Shown here piece after piece: positions 56,079 through 64,000 of a DNA stretch of 64,000 bases. Source of the DNA: Blepharisma stoltei ATCC 30299. Taxonomy: Eukaryota; Protista; Ciliophora. Position 1 is the stretch's first letter, and each line of letters begins with the position of its first letter. The stretch covers positions 930,001 to 994,000 of the forward strand of contig CBFDEM010000018.1 in assembly GCA_965603825.1 (NCBI GenBank), written 5' to 3'. Made by a program: the position numbers and the translations under genes. The notes beneath the pieces are model-generated. The model saw only the letters and a program-made list of their open reading frames with translations, made no database searches and was not told the origin of the DNA.

Positions 56079-57140
56079 TTAACGCACTTGAGGAACTTGC
56101 CCAAGCTGAGGAAGATGATTTTCTGATTTTCTTGAGTCTCTTCTTAACTTTTTAGAAAGGCCAACAAATTCAATTTTAGGATCATATGCTCCTGGGCCGG
56201 GAACTATTCTCATGTGTTTTTCTTCATTTGTGAGCTCGAATCTTTTACTTTTCCCTATCACCATTGCGTGTGATTTTTCAGTGACCACCGTATCATAATT
56301 GCCTGGTCCTGGAGCATCAGTGTTGAGCTTTTCTGTTGATTTATGCCCAAGAGTATAAGCTGGGCCATGTGACTTTAAAGAAGTTATTAAATAATTTCCA
56401 GGGCCGGGGGTATCACTTTTCTTCCAAATTTCTTCTCTTTTGGCAGTTAGAGTAGGGGCTCTGATTTCTCTGGTATCAGGTATATTATAAGCACCAGGCC
56501 CAGGAGTAAGATCTCTTTCTTTTCGAGGGATTCGACTCATTAGGCTGAACCCAACTTTATCAGTAAATTTCAAAGGGATATTATAATCTCCAGGACCTGG
56601 AACATCCTGGTGCTCTATAAAAGGCCTTCTTTTCGAAGTCCCAATTATAGTAGCAGTTGTTGAAGCTCGTTCATTCATTGTATAAGCTCCAGGCCCAGGA
56701 ATCTCAGGGTCTGGTCGTTTAAATCTCATTTCTTTTCCCACACTTACAGAGCGCACATACCATTTTCTATTAATGTCATAAGCCCCTGGACCAGGAACAT
56801 GATCTAGCTGTTTTGGTAATGTTCTCCCCATTAGCAATGCCGCTTTTTTATCAAGACTTACAGGAATATCATAGGCTCCAGGGCCAGGAGAGTTATCCAG
56901 TCTCAATTTTTCCCTAGATTCAGTTCCAAACCTGACAGTTGATCTTTCAGTAACCGAGCCAGTTTCATAAGTTCCAGGACCTGGATTTTTATTTAAATTT
57001 TCAGGAGATGGGTCTCTTTTTGACGTCCCGAATTTATAGGATGGAACTTTAATATAGGCTAAGGATTGGTTGTACTGCCCAGGTCCAGGAATGTCAAAAT
57101 TGGGGTCTTTGATGTTTTTACTTGATGCTGAGAATTTCAT
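56079..57140 (-). CDS. SHIPPO/ODF3-type PGPGxY-repeat axonemal protein
   Basis: Ten PGPGxY repeats spaced about 31-38 aa apart. Confidence 0.88.
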   Translation of the reverse strand: MKFSASSKNIKDPNFDIPGPGQYNQSLAYIKVPSYKFGTSKRDPSPENLNKNPGPGTYETGSVTERSTVRFGTESREKLRLDNSPGPGAYDIPVSLDKKAALLMGRTLPKQLDHVPGPGAYDINRKWYVRSVSVGKEMRFKRPDPEIPGPGAYTMNERASTTATIIGTSKRRPFIEHQDVPGPGDYNIPLKFTDKVGFSLMSRIPRKERDLTPGPGAYNIPDTREIRAPTLTAKREEIWKKSDTPGPGNYLITSLKSHGPAYTLGHKSTEKLNTDAPGPGNYDTVVTEKSHAMVIGKSKRFELTNEEKHMRIVPGPGAYDPKIEFVGLSKKLRRDSRKSENHLPQLGQVPQVR

Positions 57141-57204
57141 AATTTAATTAAGAAAAGCTTAAAAATAAAAAGTGACAGTAATTTATATGTAATTTTTAGT
57201 TATT

Positions 57205-58854
57205 TTAAGCTTCAATTTCGTCAGGAGCAGCTGCGACTGGTCCACTCTTTTTCTCAGGTTTTGAAATTCCACTGACTACTTCATCAATTCTTAGCAGCAT
57301 GCAGGCAGCTTCAATTGCTGTTTTGAATGTTTGCTTTTTAACAGCTAAAGGTTCCCAAACTCCTACAGTTCTCATATCAGCTAGTTTCCCTGCATTCCCA
57401 TCAATACCCCAGAATGGAGCGTCTGGGTTATCTTCAGCGTGCTTAGCCCTAAGCTCAGTTACAATTCTTACAACATTGCACCCACAGTTTTGAGCCAAAG
57501 TTCTTGCAATAACTTCAAATGCTTGGGCAACCGCTTGGAATGGCAATTGCTCAATCCCTTCAATAGTCCTTCCTATTTTGGTTAGTTCATTGGCAACATG
57601 CATTTCAACAGCGCCTCCTCCTGGTACAAGTTTAGGCTCGATCATCACATTTCTGGCAACCGCCATGGCATCATGCATATTTCTTTCGATTTCATTGAGA
57701 ACATCTTTAGTTGCACCTCTAAGCAATATAGAGCAAGCCTTTGGGTCTTCACAGTCTTCCATAAACGTATAATATTCATCCCCTATCAGTTTAATCTCAA
57801 ATTTATGGCATTTTGTTCCGACGTCGCTTTCTTGCAGCTCTTCAGGACGATTAACAATTGTAGCTCCAGAAACTCTTGCAATCCTATTATTATCAGTTTT
57901 TCTGATTCTTCTGATAACTGAGATGTTTTGTTTAAGAAAATAATGTTGTGCTAAATCAGAAACCCCTTTTTCTGTAATAACTACGTCAGGGTTAAGACGC
58001 ATAATTGCCTGGCATAGCTTTTCAACTTCTTCTTCCTCTAATCTTAATAAAGTATTAAAGTCTTCTTCTTTAGTCATCTCTACATTTGTCATAGACTCAG
58101 CTTTTTTATATTCTAGCGGGCAGTCTAATAAGATAACTCTTGGGTTTTCTATATATCTCCTCATCTTAGGATGTGTGACGTCTTTATTAAACATGACTCC
58201 TCGTAATACTCTAGACTCTTCTATGTCCCCTCCAGGTATTTTTTCGATTTTTGCATATCTTTTGACGTCTACTTCAACTTTTCCATTGTTATTGATATAA
58301 ACTGTTTTTACAGCTTCAGTTGCTAAATCAACTATTAAATTGCCCCATCTGCTTGAAAATTTCGTCCCAATGCAGCTTTGGGCGATGACCGATAGAGTTT
58401 CTTTGTCTTCTATTGAGACTAATTTTGATATTGAGTCTGCCGATTTTAAGGCGGCTTCTAAGGCTTTGAAATAGGCACTTACTACATTTATTGGGTGTAT
58501 TTTTTGATTAAGAAAAGGCTCTGAGACTCCCATAAGTTCGCCAGCGAGAATGATGACTGAAGTTGTGCCATCTCCGACTTCTTCATCTTGAGTACGGCTT
58601 AAATCAATCATGGTTTTGGCTGCCGGGTGTTTTACGTCGATTTCTCTAAGGATCGCGTTACCATCATTTGTTAGAACAATTCCACCCATAGGATCAAGAA
58701 GCATTTTTAGCATGGATTTTGGCCCAAGAGTGGTTCTAATAATGTCAGCAACAGCTTTTGCAGCACGAATATTGGCTAGCTGGGCTTTCTTGCCTTCTTC
58801 ACGTTGTGTATTCTGGTTAAGAACGATCACAGGAGCTTGATTCCCAGGTAGCAT
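57205..58854 (-). CDS. CCT3: T-complex protein 1 subunit gamma
   Basis: [54 protein letters not shown]. Confidence 0.97.
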   Translation of the reverse strand: MLPGNQAPVIVLNQNTQREEGKKAQLANIRAAKAVADIIRTTLGPKSMLKMLLDPMGGIVLTNDGNAILREIDVKHPAAKTMIDLSRTQDEEVGDGTTSVIILAGELMGVSEPFLNQKIHPINVVSAYFKALEAALKSADSISKLVSIEDKETLSVIAQSCIGTKFSSRWGNLIVDLATEAVKTVYINNNGKVEVDVKRYAKIEKIPGGDIEESRVLRGVMFNKDVTHPKMRRYIENPRVILLDCPLEYKKAESMTNVEMTKEEDFNTLLRLEEEEVEKLCQAIMRLNPDVVITEKGVSDLAQHYFLKQNISVIRRIRKTDNNRIARVSGATIVNRPEELQESDVGTKCHKFEIKLIGDEYYTFMEDCEDPKACSILLRGATKDVLNEIERNMHDAMAVARNVMIEPKLVPGGGAVEMHVANELTKIGRTIEGIEQLPFQAVAQAFEVIARTLAQNCGCNVVRIVTELRAKHAEDNPDAPFWGIDGNAGKLADMRTVGVWEPLAVKKQTFKTAIEAACMLLRIDEVVSGISKPEKKSGPVAAAPDEIEA

Positions 58855-59200
58855 TTTATTATTAAATAGGAATTAAATATTAGTTTGGTTTTAATATCAA
58901 GGCTCCACTGTTTTTTAAAAGATATTAATATCTAATAATTTGATTGAATTCATCAAATTGCTTCACTTATAACTTAGAAAAAGAGATTTTTTTGAAATTT
59001 AGCAAGTATAAATCAATTTAATTGTTGATTTAGATTCTTTTAGGAATTTGGTGAATAACTAAAGCATTATAGTTTCTCATTGAAAAAAAAATATATTGAA
59101 TTAGGATTTTGCAGATTTTCACTAATTTAAGTAAAAAGGCAAATTTTATATAGATTAGTTATACACGAGCATCAAAGCTAGCTCAACCTTTACTCTTCGA

Positions 59201-59788
59201 CTAAGTAAAACCATTTCTTGTGCTTTTATTTAAATCTGCTTCAAATAATTCTAGAAAACTCTCTTCCAATGAAGGGTCAAACTCATTCCTTTTTCTATCC
59301 TTAGAATAATTTTTTCTTGCACATTCGATATAGATCAACGGCGCCCCAAATTTTAAAATTAAATTCGAAATCCTTTCAGCTTTACTTAGGATCTGATGAT
59401 TTTCATCCCTAAATATTAGTTTATCATCCAAGTAGAAGCATAGTTGGTAAAGAATATACTCCTTTAATTCGCCAATTGTATCAATTTGATACAAGTACTC
59501 TATAATTATAAGTCCAAAGTCAAATTTTAGAAGCAATGGGTTTTCATCAATATATAGAGATAGAGTTTGTACTCCTTCAGGAATAAGATCTCCAAGTTCT
59601 ATATCTTCTTTTAGGATAGGCTCTAAGGGTGAGTCATGGGCAGGGCTAAATAAAAATATAATCCAATTAGGATCTCGCTTTAGTTCTGATTTTATATACC
59701 ATCTCTTCAGCTTTCTTAATTTCATTGACCTTTGACATACTTCCTGAATTAGGTTGTCTTTCCGAATTAAATGCACATCTATATCCAT
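59201..59788 (-). CDS. Hypothetical protein, possibly two tandem ubiquitin-like folds
   Basis: ATG to TAG ORF; two ~75-aa halves with a beta-beta-alpha pattern (MKLRKLKRWYI; DTIGELKEYI...KLIFRD...QIL). Confidence 0.6.
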   Translation of the reverse strand: MDIDVHLIRKDNLIQEVCQRSMKLRKLKRWYIKSELKRDPNWIIFLFSPAHDSPLEPILKEDIELGDLIPEGVQTLSLYIDENPLLLKFDFGLIIIEYLYQIDTIGELKEYILYQLCFYLDDKLIFRDENHQILSKAERISNLILKFGAPLIYIECARKNYSKDRKRNEFDPSLEESFLELFEADLNKSTRNGFT

Positions 59789-60027
59789 TAATAGTATATA
59801 TGATAAATTAATTGTAAGGCTTTGGTTTCAATGACTCTGATTTTTCTGAGTTAGAATTTATATTTTCATTTTAATCACAATTTTAGATAATTTGTTGGTT
59901 GCAACTGAAATACAATCCAGAAATAAAAGCTGGCCTTTTCTGATTTATTTTTGATTGATAATTAACTCATGAGTACAGATATTTAAAATCAATTAAATGA
60001 AAGTATATTCGTATTAAACATAAAATT

Positions 60028-62025
60028 TTAACAACTATACGCAGGAATGCTATAGACCAAGTCTTCAAGATTTTCTAAAACACACTCAAATTCTTCACAA
60101 GAGTCTTCTTTCATCTCACTGATAATTTTTAGCATCTCTCCCCTGATATTCTCATTTTTTAAATTAACTTCTCCACACATTTCTCTTAACTTTGCCTCAA
60201 ATCTCCTTTTTAATTTCATCAGTTCTTCATCTTTTCTCGCTATTTCATGCTTAAAAAATGAGCTGTCTTGTTTAATCTTTTCTTGCAACTGCTGAAATTC
60301 AGTTTTTTTCTGTTTCATTTTTTGTTCTAAATGAAGGCGATGCTTTTTTTCTTTCCCTAGCTCATGATTGAGGCTGACTAATTGAGAATTCAGCTGATTT
60401 GATATTTCTTCTGATTGGGTTCTATGCATACTTTGATGTGCTGTAATTTGTGTTACTTGCTCTCGAAATTCATGCAAAGCGTCCTCAAGGATCTGCTTTT
60501 CTTTCATAACAGCCTCAAGCTTTTGTTCTTGTGTCTCTAATATATTTTTTAGTCTTAAAATTTCTTTTTCTGAAATGTTATTTTTTTCTTTTTCCATGTC
60601 TAATCGTTTTTGATACTCTTTACTATATTTTTGTTTAGTTTTGGCTTTGGCTTGATTTATTTTTTCGTCATTAGATTCAAGAATATTTTTTATTTCTTGT
60701 AAATGAGTTTCCCTTATTTTCGATAGTCTTTTGCTGAGTTCTTTTTCATTTTCTGAGATTTTACTTATTTCAATTTCTTTTTCTTTGGCTTTTGTTTGCT
60801 CGTTTTCAAGTTTTTCTTCAAGCTCGATTATATGTTGTGCTGACTCTTCATGGAGTTTTTGCTCATTCAATAAACTTTGTTTGAGATTTTCAATGGTTTC
60901 ATGGCTTTCAGATAGCAAATTTCTTAGATTTGCTTCGACTTGTTGGGCTTCTTCCAATCTATTTTTGAAATTTAAGCTTTCTTCTTCCAAAGTAATTTCT
61001 TGTTTTTCGCAAAGACTTGTCTTATCTTCCAACAAATGAGTTAATGTATCAATTTCTTGTCGGGCGTCTTCTAAAGCCCTTATATCTATTTTTGATCCTG
61101 CCAGCTCTTCTTGCAAATTTTTAACGTAATCCTTTAGGCTTATGTTTTCATTTCTCACTTTATTATGTTCTTCACTGCTAATTTCTACAGTTCTTTGAAT
61201 TTCTTCAATTGATCTTGTAAGCTCTTGCTTCAGTTCACTCTCCTTCATTGCATATCTTTTTTTTAGTTTCGCTTCAAACTCGTTATATTTCTCTTTCATT
61301 TCATTTTCTTTGTTTTCCAGCATTTCTTTTTCTTCTCTCAAGCACTTTTGATAGTCTTCTTGGGCTTGCTTTAAACTGACTGTGACGGTTTCAGCGATTT
61401 TAGCTTGAGCAGTTAATCTTTCACATTTATAGACTAAATCGTCATATTTTGTCTGCCATTCTTCAATTTCGCTTTTTAAATCAGAATTTTCGTTTTCGAG
61501 CTTCAATGTTTTGGCCTCATATGTGCTTATCTTTAAATTCAAGTCTTGGAGCGCTTTATTTTTTTCCATAGATTCTTCTTTGAAAATTTCAATTCTACGT
61601 TTTAGTTCTTCGTTTTCTTGAGCAATTATAGATATTTGCTGAGTATGCTTATTTCCTGAAGTTTTAAGGATTGAAAGCTCTTTTTCAATATTTTCTTTGT
61701 TTTCTTTTACTAATTCGTTTTCCTCTTTGTAAGCTAGAACTTTAGTTGACAGCTCTTTATTGCGTTTTTCAATAGACTGATTTTTTACTTCTAATTCTTT
61801 GCATCAAAGCTCTGCTTCTCTTCTTTGCCGCTTTTGCAGCTCGATTTCTTCATATAGATTTTCTACCGTGTCTCTCCATTTCACTAACAAAGCATCTTTC
61901 ATCCCATAAGCGCTGTCTTCTAAATTTTGATAGTCTTGTGTGTTTGAGTTAATGGATGACTGGCTTAGAAGCTCTTTTGGCTCAGTGACAACTGTCTCAC
62001 TTAAATTGATTGTTAATTTTGACAT
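60028..62025 (-). CDS. Long coiled-coil protein, 665 aa
   Basis: ORFs 61804-62025 and 60028-61569 join in frame through TGA61804; E/K/Q/L heptads throughout. Confidence 0.82.
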
Positions 62026-62174
62026 TTAAATTCTAAAATTGAATATGTCGCAATATTTTACTCTGCAATGTTTATCTATTATCTTGCAAAATATTATTAT
62101 AAAGCCTGAGCAGGCACATGGAAATATTAAGATAATTAATGCTAAAAATGAGGAAATTTAATATTATAATCTCT

Positions 62175-62825
62175 TTAAACTAATTTTTTATTCAATACAT
62201 TCTGCAGCCAGCTTTTAGCTAATTCAAGTTCTTTATCACTAATTCCATGTGTTAGATAATCTTCAGTTGTGTATGTCAAATTGCACCCTGCTAAACTTTT
62301 TTTTGCAGTTTGGGCAGCATATTCTTCACTAACCATAGAATCATTCTTCCCGTGATACATAAATATAGGAACTTTTTTTTTATTCTCAGGGACTTGAAAA
62401 TCAAAGACATATCCACTTAAAGCAATTATAGCATCAATTTTTCCAGGGTAATGAACAAGTCCAGTATACAACGACATTGCAGCTCCTTGAGAAAACCCAC
62501 CAAGAATAATTGAACTGCAAGTTTTACTTTCTTCTTCAATAGTTGAAGTTATTAATTTAGCGCTTTCTATGGCTTCATTGTTAAGAGCTCTAGAGCTGAT
62601 ATCTACAATATCAAATCAACTAGTCATTTGCATACCAAAATTTAGAGTTACAGGCCTAACAGGAGCAGTAAGTAAAACAATTTTTGCATTTGGCAAGAGT
62701 TCAAATCCTTGAAAAAGGTCTAAAAAGCCATCAGCAGAGTCACCTAAACCGTGAAGTCAGACTAGAGTATGTGCATGGATAAGTGGTTTGATAATGATAT
62801 TTTGCCCTACTCTTAAAATGCTCAT
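62175..62825 (-). CDS. Acyl-protein thioesterase / lysophospholipase (APT1/LYPLA family), 216 aa
   Basis: LV-W(TGA62757)-LHGLGDS, APVRPVTLNFGMQMTS-W(TGA62616)-FDI, GGFSQG, HGKNDSMV, LTHGIS. Confidence 0.92.
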
Positions 62826-63036
62826 TTATGGTTTATATCATACTGGAATAATATAGAAATGTTTCTTAGTATCTCAACAGGTTATAGCGCCAAAATAAAT
62901 TCAAAAACCAAAACTCCTTCTCTTTGCTTTGATAAAAACTTCTACTATTATGACATTTGAATTACTTAATAAAAATTGTGTAGTATAATTAAGTATTTTA
63001 TAAATTTTAAATGAAATAAGAATTCCAAAAATTTAA

Positions 63037-64000
63037 ATGTCAAAACGAAAAAGTGAATTTTACGTTGACAATAAAATTCAAAGCATTAGAGAAGATTTAC
63101 AGAAGTTGACTTCAGATTATAGAGCCACAAATGCTAGAGAGCAAAGCCCGATTGAACAATTTTTAGAATCCAAATATTTGGATCCTACATTTAAATTAAG
63201 TAAAGTTACTGAGTCCCATTTTCCTGGCTCAAAAGACTCTCAAGACACTGCTGCAGGCAATTATCATAGAGAAAATCAACTAAAGGTCTCACAATCAGTT
63301 AGTGATCTGAGAAAGCATAAAGGACCATCTTTGGAATCTGCTCAAAACTCAAAACCATATACCCAAAACTATGATGAGATGGAAACCTATAACAAGAATC
63401 CCATGAGAACTTCTGAAATTATAGACCCTACTGTATCCACTGCTTATAGAGGAAAAAGTGGTTTCGCAACTGATAGGAATAAAGCAGATTTTTATAATGA
63501 ACGAAATATAAAAGATCCCTCTTTGAAAAAAGTAAAAAGGACTTTAGAAAATAAAGAAAACTATATATCACCGATAAGCGATTTGGCAGCCTCAGCAAGG
63601 GGATTAGAAGACAAAGCAAATGAACTGGAAACTGCAAAAAATGCATTGTTTCAAGAAAACTTGATACTCCATAAAAAATTAGCAAGTCTTGAAAAAGAGA
63701 TTAAAAATTTTGAGCCAGAATCATCTATGCAGAATGAAATAAAATTGCTGAAAGCAAATAATCATGAGCTTGAAAAACAATTAACAATTTTAAAAAAGGA
63801 AAAAATAGGATTTTTAAAAGAAATTGATCAGAAAAGCTCAGAGTTAAGATCGGCAATTATAAAAATTAAAGAATTAGAAGAAAAAATTCAAGAGCTAAGC
63901 AAGCTGCTGCCAACTAGAATTAAGCATAAGTCTTTGAATTCAGATTGGAAAGAAAATACAAAAGGCTCATTAAAAGAATACAAAAATGAAAATAATAAGC
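63037..64000 (+). CDS. Hypothetical coiled-coil protein, 3'-truncated by window edge
   Basis: ATG63037 (MSKRKSEFYVDNKIQSIREDLQKL...) open to the window end; missing from the ORF track because no stop is reached. Confidence 0.75.
   Translation, partial: MSKRKSEFYVDNKIQSIREDLQKLTSDYRATNAREQSPIEQFLESKYLDPTFKLSKVTESHFPGSKDSQDTAAGNYHRENQLKVSQSVSDLRKHKGPSLESAQNSKPYTQNYDEMETYNKNPMRTSEIIDPTVSTAYRGKSGFATDRNKADFYNERNIKDPSLKKVKRTLENKENYISPISDLAASARGLEDKANELETAKNALFQENLILHKKLASLEKEIKNFEPESSMQNEIKLLKANNHELEKQLTILKKEKIGFLKEIDQKSSELRSAIIKIKELEEKIQELSKLLPTRIKHKSLNSDWKENTKGSLKEYKNENNK

Noticed and set aside
56079-57140. Periodic CCAGG(A/C/G)CC repeats that could suggest a CRISPR-like or satellite array
   Set aside because: They encode the PGPGxY protein repeats, with synonymous variation between copies.
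11956-58854. Apparent cluster of ciliary/microtubule genes (NEK, CFAP20, two TTLLs, HOOK, SAXO, kinesin, SHIPPO, CCT3)
   Set aside because: These families are heavily expanded in ciliates and are interspersed with unrelated genes; no evidence of a functional cluster.
3930-62133. Recurrent ATCTTAA/TTAAGAT heptamer in intergenic spacers
   Set aside because: About a dozen copies, close to my rough chance expectation for ~10 kb of very AT-rich DNA; not supportable without a formal enrichment test.
1676-62825. Many genes apparently broken by premature stops (pseudogene cluster or selenoproteins)
   Set aside because: The breaks are in-frame TGA at conserved Trp positions or stops inside consensus micro-introns; no Cys/Sec-type positions were seen.
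1-64000. IESs, transposons, tRNA or rRNA genes
   Set aside because: No CDS is interrupted by a TA-bounded insert, and I recognised no transposase/RT ORF, terminal repeats or tRNA/rRNA motifs. Intergenic IESs or small RNAs cannot be excluded by eye.

Overview
Gene-dense, AT-rich eukaryotic nuclear DNA, most consistent with the macronuclear genome of a heterotrich ciliate of the Blepharisma type. Two signals point there. In-frame TGA sits at conserved Trp positions (UGA=Trp, with TAA/TAG as the only stops used), and the genes carry tiny 15-16 nt GTAA...AG spliceosomal introns. The supplied ORF track treats TGA as stop and so fragments many genes. Re-read with TGA=Trp and nine introns removed, the window holds about 43 protein-coding genes, often only 24-150 bp apart. 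They include an ACSBG-type acyl-CoA ligase, SPT5, NEK, CFAP20, a TBC Rab-GAP, XPNPEP1, a compact CENP-C/Mif2, a degenerate MPP-beta/core1, two Myb factors, RBM42, two TTLL enzymes, HOOK, a divergent CK2alpha, an RBR E3, SAXO, a Ubl-ankyrin-PH-AGC kinase, a 14-EF-hand protein, a WD40 protein, GPN3, a kinesin-8-like motor, ARPC1, DYRK, a SHIPPO-repeat protein, CCT3 and an acyl-protein thioesterase. I recognised no rRNA, tRNA, transposon, telomere or IES. The most interesting signals are the non-random use of UGA-Trp (absent from the last ~50 codons of every gene and from Trp-rich housekeeping genes), the compact CENP-C, a stand-alone RPA70N-like protein and several unusual domain fusions. All counts are manual and all family calls come from motif recognition, not database searches.
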